From assembly GCA_031962025.1 (NCBI GenBank), contig JAVRKW010000004.1: a DNA stretch of 64,000 nt; one strand, written 5' to 3'. Origin of the DNA: Pseudothermotoga sp. Lineage in GTDB: Bacteria; Thermotogota; Thermotogae; Thermotogales; DSM-5069. The position numbers were made by a program, and so were the translations under genes. Within the stretch, counting starts at the first letter, position 1; every line of letters begins with the position of its first letter. This document shows, in pieces, positions 7,414 through 17,179 of the stretch. The notes beneath the pieces were generated by a model. That model worked only from the letters and a program-made list of their open reading frames with translations. It ran no database searches and had not been told where the DNA came from.

Positions 7414-9620
7414 CAATTCGACCAGCCTCCAATGATGAATTCACAGAACAAAAGCCGGTAAAATCATCAAATTTGGTGTCTTTTGCGACCATCCTGCAGT
7501 TGGTCAAGACCAGGATGCAGCAGGGAAACATAACAGATTTTGTCAAAGTGAACGATTCCAGCCAGACAGCCAGTAAGGATTCTAAATCCACCGTTCAGCC
7601 AACTTCAGCCAAGGTACAGTTGCCAGATCAGAAAAATAACCCGCAAAAACTCGAGCTGCCTGTTCAGTCGCTTTTTGAAAGCAGGCAGACCTCTGATAAG
7701 AAAGAGCTGTTGGAAAATCAAACGGTCAAATCAGATCAACAAAGCCTTACAAAGTCAGATCAAATGAACGACAAACCTTCTCTAAACATGCAAAATCAAA
7801 AAGATTTTCAGACTCTCAAAAAAGTCGTTGAACACACCGCTCAAACCAGCCAGGATCTTCAAAATACCATAAACACACAACAAAAGACCATAAACACGCA
7901 AAACCAGAAAATTCAAGCTAACGAGAATATTCAAAGTACTATAAAACTGACAGAAAAAAAGACTGCGAGCACGCAGGATCAAAAAGTTCAAACCCAAGAT
8001 ATTCAAAAAGGTATTGTAAAACCAGCAGAACAAAAAGCTGCCAGCACACAAAACCAAAAAACTCAAGTTGAAAACTTTCAAAATACCATAAACACAGAAC
8101 AAAAGACCACAAATGCAAAAAATCAAAAAAATTTCCAGACTGACCAGAATCTTCAAAATACCATAAGCACAGAACAAAAAACTATAAACACACAAAACCA
8201 GAAAACTCAGGCTAACGAGGATATTCAAAGTACCGTAAAACTGACAGAAAAAAAGACTGCGAGCACGCAGGATCAAAAAGTTCAAACCCAAGATATTCAA
8301 AAAGGCATTGTAAAACCAGCAGAACAAAAAGCTGCCAGTACACAAAGCCAAAAAACTCAAATTGAAAACTTTCAAAATACCCTGAACACAGAACAAAAGG
8401 CCACAAATGCAAAAAATCAAAAAAATTTCCAGACTGACCAGAATTTTCAAAATACCATAAACACAGAACAAAAAACTGTGAGTACACAGAAACAGGTGAA
8501 TGAAACTGCATTTTTGCAGGACAAAGTGCACACATCTGTGCAGGATGTGCCTGTGAAACCTGCTGTGCAAAAAACCGATACACAGCAGGAAAACCAGGCA
8601 AAGAACGTGGATGGCAAATGGGATAAGATCGTTTTGCAGGTTGATGTAAAACCCGTTCAGGAGCAAAAAAATAAAGGATCAGGGCAAACAAAATCTGTTG
8701 AAACTCACGATCAACTTGGGATAAAAAGCGTCATTGATTATCCTGTTTCAAATGTTCAGACAGCGGCTGAAAGCACCCAGAAACTGAAAAACCTTTCAAC
8801 ACAGAACATTTCGCACGGTGTACTTGCTGAAAATGTAGTATCGAGTAAAAAGTCAGATCGATCAATCCAGCCTCAGACGTCTGTGACAGTCAGGCAAGCT
8901 CAGCTCATCGTTAAAAATGCGATTGTTCAGATTAGAGACAGCACCAGTGAATTCACGCAGTTCAGGCAGATCAAAAGGGAACTGCCAGATCAACTCAAGA
9001 CATCTCAGCCGATAAAGATAGAGAACTTCAAACTCGAGATAGCAAGAGATCTGAAAAAAGAAACAGCTCAGATCATTCAGCAGCCGCAGATGGAAAAATT
9101 AGAGCAAACTGAACAGGTTAAAGAGCTTTTGAATACAAAACTTGCCCATAAGACATACGAAAATGAAAATGAAAAGATACCGCAGAACCATCAGCAACTG
9201 GACAAAAGCATCGATTCTGTAATAGTGCGTGTGGAACAGGAACAAAAGAGTTCCAATATCCAGACCATCGCTGAAACGATAAAACAGATGCAGGATGGCT
9301 TAACGCAGAAGGCAACAGTGGATCTGACACCGCCAAATCTTGGAAAGGTTGAGATTGAAATTGTTAAACAGCAGGATAAACTGTTGATCACCCTGAAAGT
9401 TGCAACAGATGAAACCAGAGAAATGCTCGAGAAGAGCTCCAAAGACCTCATCTCAAGGTTGAACACACTTGGTTTCAAAGTTGAGCAGGTAGAAGTGAAG
9501 ATATCGCAGAAAACACAAGAAGATCAATTGAGCAAAGATCAACAACAGGATAGTCAGCATGAAAAAAGACAGAAAAAGCAACAGCAAAAGGAGGTGAATG
9601 AAGATGATCAACGCGATTGA
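7410..9620 (+). CDS. fliK: Flagellar hook-length control protein FliK (start uncertain: ATA 7410 or TTG 7473)
   Basis: C-terminal T3S4 motif 'ATVDLTPPNLGKVEI...LISRLNTLGFKVEQVEV' after a long Q/T/K-rich low-complexity region. Upstream of flgD. Confidence 0.85.
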   Translation: MTIRPASNDEFTEQKPVKSSNLVSFATILQLVKTRMQQGNITDFVKVNDSSQTASKDSKSTVQPTSAKVQLPDQKNNPQKLELPVQSLFESRQTSDKKELLENQTVKSDQQSLTKSDQMNDKPSLNMQNQKDFQTLKKVVEHTAQTSQDLQNTINTQQKTINTQNQKIQANENIQSTIKLTEKKTASTQDQKVQTQDIQKGIVKPAEQKAASTQNQKTQVENFQNTINTEQKTTNAKNQKNFQTDQNLQNTISTEQKTINTQNQKTQANEDIQSTVKLTEKKTASTQDQKVQTQDIQKGIVKPAEQKAASTQSQKTQIENFQNTLNTEQKATNAKNQKNFQTDQNFQNTINTEQKTVSTQKQVNETAFLQDKVHTSVQDVPVKPAVQKTDTQQENQAKNVDGKWDKIVLQVDVKPVQEQKNKGSGQTKSVETHDQLGIKSVIDYPVSNVQTAAESTQKLKNLSTQNISHGVLAENVVSSKKSDRSIQPQTSVTVRQAQLIVKNAIVQIRDSTSEFTQFRQIKRELPDQLKTSQPIKIENFKLEIARDLKKETAQIIQQPQMEKLEQTEQVKELLNTKLAHKTYENENEKIPQNHQQLDKSIDSVIVRVEQEQKSSNIQTIAETIKQMQDGLTQKATVDLTPPNLGKVEIEIVKQQDKLLITLKVATDETREMLEKSSKDLISRLNTLGFKVEQVEVKISQKTQEDQLSKDQQQDSQHEKRQKKQQQKEVNEDDQRD
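7851..8490 (+). repeat. 294-bp (98-aa) tandem repeat, about 2.2 copies, built from four 24-25-aa sub-repeats
   Basis: CAG(G/A)AT(C/T)TTCAAAATACCATAA recurs at 7851, 8145 and 8439. Confidence 0.9.
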
Positions 9621-10272
9621 TTATTCTTATTCAAATTACACAACAACTCAAAGAACGGCAAGCAATAAACTGGACAAACAGGCTTTTCTGCTTTTGTTGA
9701 TCACCGAGCTGAAAAACCAGAACCCGCTTGATCCGATGGATAACAAAGATTTCATCGCTCAGCTCACACAATTTTCTACGCTGGAACAGATAACGAACAT
9801 GACACAATCCATACAGGATTTTCTGGCACTTCAGAAGGGAGCGCTTCAGGCTCAGTCCGCATCGTTGATAGGAAAATACGCCGTTGTCCAGACAAACCAG
9901 ATAGCCGTGAAAAACGGTTCGGCAGAGAGCATAGTCTTTGAATTGGACCAAGCCGCACCTGTGGTTGTACGTATCTACGATTCAAACGGGAATCTGGTGA
10001 AAGAAGCCACTTCAGGTTCTCTTGATGCGGGAGCACATGCATACGTATGGGATGCAAGAGACAACAGCGGCTTGCCTGTGCCGGATGGTACTTACAGCTA
10101 TACTGTTTCAAAAATCAACCCGGACGGCAGTGAAACAGAGATAGGTGGAGTGGAAAGCGGAAAGATAGAGTCGGTGAAATTCAAAAACAACCAGATCTAT
10201 GTGTACATAAACTCCAAAGAATATCCGCTTGCTTCAATCGTTGAAATTTTACAGGAGGGTGATAACACATGA
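9604..10272 (+). CDS. flgD: Flagellar hook assembly protein FlgD
   Basis: LDKQAFLLLLITELKNQNPLDPMDNKDFIAQLTQFSTLEQ. GGAGGTG RBS. Confidence 0.95.
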   Translation: MINAIDYSYSNYTTTQRTASNKLDKQAFLLLLITELKNQNPLDPMDNKDFIAQLTQFSTLEQITNMTQSIQDFLALQKGALQAQSASLIGKYAVVQTNQIAVKNGSAESIVFELDQAAPVVVRIYDSNGNLVKEATSGSLDAGAHAYVWDARDNSGLPVPDGTYSYTVSKINPDGSETEIGGVESGKIESVKFKNNQIYVYINSKEYPLASIVEILQEGDNT

Positions 10273-12155
10273 TGCGATCTATGTTCAGCGGTGTTGCTGG
10301 AATGAAAAATTTCCAGTACGAGATCGATGTTGTCGGCAACAACATAGCAAATGTGAACACAGTGGGTTTTAAAGGGTCCCGTGTCACCTTTCAAACGGCG
10401 CTTTCTCAAACTCTAAAAGCCGCGAGAAGTCCTCAGAACAACATAGGCGGTACGAATGCAATTCAAATTGGTCTGGGATCACAGCTTGCCACGATTGATA
10501 AAATAATGTCTCAGGGCTCTTTCGAAAACACCGGAAATAAAACAGATCTTGCCATTCAGGGTGATGGGTTTTTCGTTTTGAGCAACGGCTCTCAGTACTA
10601 TTACACTCGAGCTGGATCGCTGACCGTTGACTCAAATGGTACACTTATACAGAGTTCCACCGGCTTTAAAGTTCAGGGCTGGAGAGCAATACAGGATCCA
10701 GCCACCGGTACAAGATATGTCGACACCAACAGACCAATTGGAGATATCATAATAAGCGCCGGAATGACAATGCCCGCAAATGCGACGACCAACGCGGCAA
10801 TGGGAGGAAATCTCAGTTCTTCTGTTGGACCAACACCATTCTCAATGACAGTTACCGATAAAGATGGAAATGAACATTCTGTGAGATTTGTCTTTTCAAA
10901 AACCGACGGTGATTTCGTCAGACAGACAGATCCATTTTCAACCAAACAGAGCTACACATGGACAGCTTATGATAAGAACAACAATGTTTTAGCCATAGGA
11001 TACATAGTCATGAACCAGTACGGTAATGTAGATGAATCTGGAGTTTACAGATCATTAAATGCCACAGCTACTGCAGATGGTCAGCTCACGCAAGGTGATA
11101 TACAATCAGGTACTGTTCCAAATGATGGAGATTATTATACAGTTGTGCTTGACGAAAATGGCAAAGTGATTTACAGTGGCAGTGTACAAGTAACTGGTGG
11201 AAATTTCACAATAAGCGATAGTGATATTGTTAAGGATAAGGAATATACTATAATTTTTTCAGCTGGTGATGAATTCACCGTTGCTGATGGTGCAAATATC
11301 TCAATTCCAACAGCCGGTGAAGCGAGGTTTTATGAATCAGACAATCCATCAAATTACAACGTGCTTTCTTATTCAAGTCCAAAGTACGTAACAGCAGTTC
11401 AGATGTATGACTCACTTGGTAATCCCTATTCAGTCTATCTGGAGTTCACAAGAATAGGTGAATTTGGTGATATGAAAAACGCCTGGGTGTGGAGAGCTTA
11501 TACGGCAAGCGGTGAGCCAATAACATATCTTGATGCAAACAGCCAGAGCGGTGATGGAACAAACGATTATGTTGGTGGAATTATCAACTTCAACGAATCT
11601 GGAAGAATCAGCGGCATGTATGGAATTACATGGGATGGCAATAGCCTTACAGTTGGTAATACCGAACTTAGAACGATCAGTTTTTCTGCATCTCACCGCG
11701 GTGATAGCAATGTTACTGCGACAATTGATTTTTCTTCACTGACTCAGTTTTCTGGAAGTAATTCTGCTGCTTTTACTTATCAAAATGGCAACGCGCTTGG
11801 AACACTTCAGTCTTTTGCAATAAACGAAAATGGTGAAATCATAGGAACATTCAGTAACGGCTTGACAGATATTCTTGGTCAGATAGCTCTTGCAGTTTTC
11901 AACAACCCGGCAGGTCTTACAGACATAGGTAATTCTCTGTACACTGTATCTTCAAACAGCGGTCTTGCACAGATTGGAACTGCTGGAAGCGGAGGAAGAG
12001 GTACACTGATACCGGGTGCTCTTGAAATGTCAAATGTTGATCTTGCAGAAGAATTCACAAAGATGATCATAGCCCAGCGTGGCTTTCAGGCGAATGCAAG
12101 GGTGATAACAACGGCAGATACGATCCTGGGTGAACTTGTCGCGTTGAGAAGATAA
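10269..12155 (+). CDS. flgE: Flagellar hook protein FlgE
   Basis: N-terminal 'GNNIANVNTVGFK' and C-terminal 'LEMSNVDLAEEFTKMIIAQRGFQAN'. Confidence 0.97.
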   Translation: MMRSMFSGVAGMKNFQYEIDVVGNNIANVNTVGFKGSRVTFQTALSQTLKAARSPQNNIGGTNAIQIGLGSQLATIDKIMSQGSFENTGNKTDLAIQGDGFFVLSNGSQYYYTRAGSLTVDSNGTLIQSSTGFKVQGWRAIQDPATGTRYVDTNRPIGDIIISAGMTMPANATTNAAMGGNLSSSVGPTPFSMTVTDKDGNEHSVRFVFSKTDGDFVRQTDPFSTKQSYTWTAYDKNNNVLAIGYIVMNQYGNVDESGVYRSLNATATADGQLTQGDIQSGTVPNDGDYYTVVLDENGKVIYSGSVQVTGGNFTISDSDIVKDKEYTIIFSAGDEFTVADGANISIPTAGEARFYESDNPSNYNVLSYSSPKYVTAVQMYDSLGNPYSVYLEFTRIGEFGDMKNAWVWRAYTASGEPITYLDANSQSGDGTNDYVGGIINFNESGRISGMYGITWDGNSLTVGNTELRTISFSASHRGDSNVTATIDFSSLTQFSGSNSAAFTYQNGNALGTLQSFAINENGEIIGTFSNGLTDILGQIALAVFNNPAGLTDIGNSLYTVSSNSGLAQIGTAGSGGRGTLIPGALEMSNVDLAEEFTKMIIAQRGFQANARVITTADTILGELVALRR

Positions 12156-12166
12156 GGTGATATTGA

Positions 12167-12394
12167 ATGATATGGCTCACGCACTTACGTGGTAGGCAAT
12201 TTGTTTTGAACGCCGAGATGATCGAATCGATTGAAGCATTGCCAGACACGACTATCACGCTGTTCAACGGCAGAAAGTACATAGTTCAGGAAAGAGTCGA
12301 AGAAGTTATTTCAAAGGTGATAGAATACAAAAAGCAGGCATATCCTGTGCTTGATCTTCTAAAATACTTACCTCATCAGCAGGTAGGTGATTAG
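12167..12394 (+). CDS. flbD: Flagellar FlbD family protein
   Basis: MIWLTHLRG...LNAEMIESIEALPDTTITL. Confidence 0.9.
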   Translation: MIWLTHLRGRQFVLNAEMIESIEALPDTTITLFNGRKYIVQERVEEVISKVIEYKKQAYPVLDLLKYLPHQQVGD

Positions 12395-13183
12395 ATGGAT
12401 ATTTCGACAATACTTGGAATTGGTCTGGCATTTGGAATGATCGCTTTTGGAATTATCTCAAACCAGTCTTCTTTGATGACCTACTACAATTTGCCATCGC
12501 TTTTCATAACAGTTGGTGGAGCACTGGCTTCCACCATCGCTTCACATCCAAAAGAGAAGAGTTTTAAGATCATTCAGGTCATGCTGTCAACTGTTAAGGA
12601 ACCAAAGGTCGACAACATAGGACTTGTCAGAACACTCGTGTCTTTTTCAGAAAAGGCACGGCGTGAAGGGTTGCTGTCCTTAGAAGAAAACCTGAACGAG
12701 ATAGATGATCCGTTCATGAAAAAAGCAGTCCAGCTTGTGATCGATGGAACAGATCCAGATCTTTTGAGAAGTATGATGGAAACAGAGATGGATTTGATTG
12801 AGGAAGATTTTGCGGCGGAAAAAGCCCTGATGGATTCTGCCGGAGCTTTTGCACCGGCTTATGGAATGATCGGAACACTCATAGGTTTGATAGCCATGCT
12901 CAAGACCTTGAACAACCCTGAAACACTTGGACCTGGTATGTCTGTTGCATTGATAACGACTTTTTATGGCTCCATTCTTTCAAACAGTATATTTTTGCCG
13001 ATGGGAGAAAAAATAGGACGCAGAGCCACCAAAATTTTGAGACAAAAACAGATGATTTTAGAGGGTGTTCTTTCAATTCAAGCAGGAGAAAACCCAAGAG
13101 TCCTGGAAGAAAAACTCAAATCGTTCTTGAGCATTCAGGAAAAGGCAGCTTATGAAGCGGCTACTGGGGAGGCAACCGCTTAA
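12395..13183 (+). CDS. motA: Flagellar stator protein MotA
   Basis: ARREGLLSLE and APAYGMIGTLIGL motifs. Confidence 0.95.
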   Translation: MDISTILGIGLAFGMIAFGIISNQSSLMTYYNLPSLFITVGGALASTIASHPKEKSFKIIQVMLSTVKEPKVDNIGLVRTLVSFSEKARREGLLSLEENLNEIDDPFMKKAVQLVIDGTDPDLLRSMMETEMDLIEEDFAAEKALMDSAGAFAPAYGMIGTLIGLIAMLKTLNNPETLGPGMSVALITTFYGSILSNSIFLPMGEKIGRRATKILRQKQMILEGVLSIQAGENPRVLEEKLKSFLSIQEKAAYEAATGEATA

Positions 13184-14052
13184 TGCCAAGAAGAAAAAAA
13201 CAACCTGAGGCGCCAAAAGGTAGCTGGCTCACAACATACGGCGATATGGTGACCCTGCTTTTGACTTTTTTCGTTTTGCTGTTTTCAATGGCTACCATAA
13301 GTCCCGGGAAGTTTCAACAGGTGGCGGTTGGAATAAGATCGGCTTTGACAGGTATGCCTCCAAGTGTTTTAACAGGTGGAAAAAGTCTTTCAGAAGAGCC
13401 ACTGATAACTTCCCAGAGGGGAGTGTATCAGGAACTGATAAGGATTGCCGAAGAGTACAAAGGCAAGATAACCATTCAGGAAAGGGATGAAGGAACAGTT
13501 ATAATCATGCAGGACATGGCATTTTTCGCACCAGGTACGGCGAAATTGACCACAGAAGCGAAAGAATTGTTGGGGCGAATTGGTTCAATTGTGATAGAGC
13601 ACACAACTAATGTTCTTCAGATTTATGGCTATACTGATGATCAACCTGTTTTAGAAGATTCTATCTACGCATCCAACTGGCATTTGAGCACGGCAAGGGC
13701 ATCGAGTGTTGTACAGTTTTTCACAGAAGAGCTGAAAAAGCGCAGGTCCATAGAAAGATTGGCAGATATCAGATCGGGCAGGTTTGATCCAGAGTATTTC
13801 TACGACCAGCAAAGATTCTATCCAATAGGTATGGGAGAATGGCCGATAAAAAAAGAGATAGAAGCACTGCAAAATTATATAGACAGTGAAAAACAACTTG
13901 CCGCAATGAAGTATCAACAGGGTCAAATCGATCAGAAAACATACGATCAGACTCTGGCTGATTTGAGCAGTCAGTACTCAAAGCGATTGGTGCAGTTGAG
14001 AAATGAGTATAGAAGGATTGATATACTTATAAAAAGAGAAAAGGCAAAGTAG
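13183..14052 (+). CDS. motB: Flagellar stator protein MotB
   Basis: WLTTYGDMVTLLLTFFV TM with the conserved Asp. OmpA-like GYTDD..SNWHLSTARA..RRIDI. Confidence 0.95.
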   Translation: MPRRKKQPEAPKGSWLTTYGDMVTLLLTFFVLLFSMATISPGKFQQVAVGIRSALTGMPPSVLTGGKSLSEEPLITSQRGVYQELIRIAEEYKGKITIQERDEGTVIIMQDMAFFAPGTAKLTTEAKELLGRIGSIVIEHTTNVLQIYGYTDDQPVLEDSIYASNWHLSTARASSVVQFFTEELKKRRSIERLADIRSGRFDPEYFYDQQRFYPIGMGEWPIKKEIEALQNYIDSEKQLAAMKYQQGQIDQKTYDQTLADLSSQYSKRLVQLRNEYRRIDILIKREKAK

Positions 14053-14060
14053 GTGATTAT

Positions 14061-14561
14061 ATGGCAGAAGAAGAAGAAAAGAAAAAAAGAAATCTTGGTG
14101 GTTTGTTGATGATGATTCTCATTCCAGCCGTCGTCGCTGTTGGGGCGACGATAGCGACTGTAATGATTCTTGGCACGAATTTGACTCCAAAAAAAGACCA
14201 AACCGCAACGGCAACAACTCCTGTTGAAATAAAGGCTGTTCTCATACAACCTGGAACCTACACAACCTTTATGCTAAAAGGTGGTAAGGATGTAGTGGTG
14301 ATCGATTCGCTGACCTTCACGGTGGCAAGCGATGCCTGCAGGGCAGAAATTGCAAACAAGAATGATCAAATTATGGACGGCTTGATGCTCATTTTTCTCA
14401 GTAAGGAAAAATCTGAACTGAACACAGCCGCCGGCATCGAACTTCTTAAAAAGCAAATCAGAGCGATGGTGAATGAAATTACAGGTTTTACCGGAGACAA
14501 GGAAAGACTTGGCGTGGTTGGAGTTTACCTTTATATCAAAGCCATCAGTTCTGTTGAATGA
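14061..14561 (+). CDS. fliL: Flagellar basal body protein FliL
   Basis: Single N-terminal TM. 'GIELLKKQI...VNEI' C-terminus. Sits between motB and fliM. Confidence 0.85.
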   Translation: MAEEEEKKKRNLGGLLMMILIPAVVAVGATIATVMILGTNLTPKKDQTATATTPVEIKAVLIQPGTYTTFMLKGGKDVVVIDSLTFTVASDACRAEIANKNDQIMDGLMLIFLSKEKSELNTAAGIELLKKQIRAMVNEITGFTGDKERLGVVGVYLYIKAISSVE

Positions 14562-14572
14562 GGGGTGATGGC

Positions 14573-15565
14573 GTGACAGATGTTCTGAGCCAAGAAGAAA
14601 TAGATAGGCTTTTGCAGGCAGTCAGTTCCGGTGAAGTATCGATAGAAGAGATCAAAAAAGAAGAGGAAAAAAAGGTAAAACCATACGATTTTAGAAGACC
14701 AAGCAAGTTTTCCAAAGAGCACATCAGAGTCTTTGATATGATCCATGAAAACTTCGCAAGATCTGTTTCTACATATCTTTCCGGAAGAGTTCGAACTTTC
14801 ACAAATATCAATCTTGCAAGTATAGATCAAATATCATACGAAGAATTCATAAGGTCTCTACCAACACCATCTTTCATAGTGGTGTTCACTGCACCTGAAT
14901 TTGTCGGAAATGCAATTATGGAGATGAATCTTGAGGTTTTCTACACAATACTGGATCTGATTCTGGGTGGTCCAGGTATTCCGCACGTGAAACGCACACC
15001 GTCGGATATAGAGACATCCATAATGAGAAAAGAGATCATCAACATACTGACCAATCTCGCTCAAGCCTGGAGTGAAGTTTACCACTTTGTCCCGAGTATT
15101 GAGAGTATTGAAAACAATCCCCAGTTTGTGCAGATCGCTCCTCCAAACGAAATGGTACTCCTGGTGTCTTTATTTGTTACCATAGGCAAAACAGAGGGGT
15201 TTCTGAACGTGTGCTGGCCCTCTTCACTGACAGAACCTTTCATGGATAGGTTGACCTCAAGAAGCTGGTTTACCACAAAACGCGAACAAATCTCCGAGAA
15301 AATGATTGAGGATTTAAAGCAAAATATCAAAACAATGAATGTGACTCTGTCGGCGATCCTGGGTGAAACCACGTTGACCGTAAAAGAGATACTGGATCTT
15401 GAAGTGGGCGATGTAATAAGATTGAAAACGCATAAAGATGACCAGATAGTGGTTGAAGTACAGCAAAAGGCAAAGTTCATGGCTCAACCGGGAACTTTCA
15501 AGGGACACAGAGCTGTGAAAGTAACCAAAATTCTAAAGCCGGAGGTGGAAGAAGATGAACAGTGA
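14573..15565 (+). CDS. fliM: Flagellar motor switch protein FliM
   Basis: VLSQEEIDRLL CheY-binding peptide and YDFRRPSKFSKE. Confidence 0.97.
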   Translation: MTDVLSQEEIDRLLQAVSSGEVSIEEIKKEEEKKVKPYDFRRPSKFSKEHIRVFDMIHENFARSVSTYLSGRVRTFTNINLASIDQISYEEFIRSLPTPSFIVVFTAPEFVGNAIMEMNLEVFYTILDLILGGPGIPHVKRTPSDIETSIMRKEIINILTNLAQAWSEVYHFVPSIESIENNPQFVQIAPPNEMVLLVSLFVTIGKTEGFLNVCWPSSLTEPFMDRLTSRSWFTTKREQISEKMIEDLKQNIKTMNVTLSAILGETTLTVKEILDLEVGDVIRLKTHKDDQIVVEVQQKAKFMAQPGTFKGHRAVKVTKILKPEVEEDEQ

Positions 15566-16583
15566 CTTTCTCACGCAGGATGAGCTGAACGAACTTTTAA
15601 AGAACCTGAGTGAGGATCTCAGCGAAGATGATAAAAAGAAAGTAATTGAGATATGTGATACGATAATGAATTCGTCTGTTGTGGCGCTTGGAATTGTAAT
15701 TGGCAGAGAAGTGAAATTTTCCCTAAAAGAGATATCAAGCAAAGCGTTGAAAGATCTGCTCGAATCTATTCAGGAAGACATGGTCAGCGCTGAAATAGAA
15801 TTTGCCGATGGAGTAAAAGGTGATCTTCTATTTCTGTTCCCACAGTCCCTTGGTGCTCGCATAGCCGATATGATGATGGGTGGTTCAGGTGAGCCAGAGA
15901 GCTTTGAACTGGATGAAGTGAGAATCAGTGCGATAACAGAGACTATGAATCAAATGATGGGTGCTGCAACTACTTCACTCTCAGAGAAGACAAAGAAAAA
16001 AGTATCAATTGCAAACATGAAGGTCAATCTTTTGAAAAAAGGCTCCGAACCACAGCTGGTTTTCAACCCGGCGCAGATATTAACATGTGTCACTTATGAT
16101 GTTGAAATTGAAAATGGCAAATCTTCAACGATGTTTTTACTATCAACGCTGTCGTTTTTCAAGGATATCTACGAAACCATCCATCCTCAAATTCAAAAAA
16201 GTGAGCCGGCTAAGCCAAAGAAAGAAGAGGCGAAGGTTAAGGTACAGCCAGTTCAGTTTCAGGAGCTCAGTCAGCAGCAGAGCACAGTTACACCATCATC
16301 GGAGCTTTCAGGTAAATTGGAGTTGCTCTTAGATGTACCTTTAAAGGTTGTGGTCGAACTTGGACGCGCTAAGATGACTCTAAAACAGGTTCTTGAGATG
16401 AATATTGGTTCTTTAATAGAACTTGACAAGCTCACCGGCGAACCGGTCGATATACTGGTCAACGGCAGGCTCATAGCAAGAGGAGAGGTTGTTGTAATCG
16501 ATGAGAATTTTGGTGTTAGAATAACAGAGATAGTCAGTCCAAAACAGAGGATATATTCTATAAGGGAGACGAACGGCGTCTGA
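15555..16583 (+). CDS. fliY: Flagellar motor switch protein FliY/FliN
   Basis: LTQDELNELL N-peptide, CheC-like middle domain, FliN SpoA domain (GEVVVIDENFGVRITEI). Confidence 0.9.
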   Translation: MNSDFLTQDELNELLKNLSEDLSEDDKKKVIEICDTIMNSSVVALGIVIGREVKFSLKEISSKALKDLLESIQEDMVSAEIEFADGVKGDLLFLFPQSLGARIADMMMGGSGEPESFELDEVRISAITETMNQMMGAATTSLSEKTKKKVSIANMKVNLLKKGSEPQLVFNPAQILTCVTYDVEIENGKSSTMFLLSTLSFFKDIYETIHPQIQKSEPAKPKKEEAKVKVQPVQFQELSQQQSTVTPSSELSGKLELLLDVPLKVVVELGRAKMTLKQVLEMNIGSLIELDKLTGEPVDILVNGRLIARGEVVVIDENFGVRITEIVSPKQRIYSIRETNGV

Positions 16584-17179
16584 TGAGAAAAACAGTGGTA
16601 TTTGTAATATCGTTTTTCGCACTGACAGTTATCGCAAATCCCGTTCTGGATCTTGTTGAGAACATAGCCGGTGTTAGAGATATTTTCGTTGAATTTGAAC
16701 TGTTGATGCGTGTAAAAAACCAGGAAAAGTTTCAGGAATCTTCTATCAGCGGCGATCTTGCCATAAGAAACCTTGAAGACTTTTATTTATTGATAAAAGA
16801 ACCATCTGTCATTTCTCAGCTGTCTTTTGCATACATCTCCAGAACCAAACGACTCTATTCCGCATTTCCCGGATATCTGGACATGGAAAATATAGAGGTA
16901 CCCATAACCAATTTCATAGAGTTTTTTCAGAATATTTTGAAAATAATACAAACGCCGGTCGTAGTAACCAGTTTCGATGGTGATACCGTAACAGTAAGCC
17001 CGACTGCTCTTGTTGCTGGAAAATCCAAGGACCCTGTTGTTTTCAAAATGAAAATAAAAAATGGCTTTATTCAGGAACTAATGATAACCAGTAAGGATGA
17101 AAGCGAATACATAAAGGTGAAGATCAACAAAATGTCTTTAAATGCTGATGTTGATAAGTACTTTTACTTTGCACGCTGA
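16583..17179 (+). CDS. Hypothetical exported protein, possibly LolA-like fold
   Basis: Signal peptide. Beta-rich with C-terminal 'LNADVDKYFYF'. Confidence 0.6.
   Translation: MRKTVVFVISFFALTVIANPVLDLVENIAGVRDIFVEFELLMRVKNQEKFQESSISGDLAIRNLEDFYLLIKEPSVISQLSFAYISRTKRLYSAFPGYLDMENIEVPITNFIEFFQNILKIIQTPVVVTSFDGDTVTVSPTALVAGKSKDPVVFKMKIKNGFIQELMITSKDESEYIKVKINKMSLNADVDKYFYFAR

Noticed and set aside
7851..8490. Possible CRISPR array
   Set aside because: Repeats are in-frame coding units with no unique spacers, and no cas genes are present.
7782..8691. Long antisense ORFs (294 aa and 159 aa) opposite fliK
   Set aside because: Shadow ORFs of the A-rich repeat region, with no RBS and no protein-like content.
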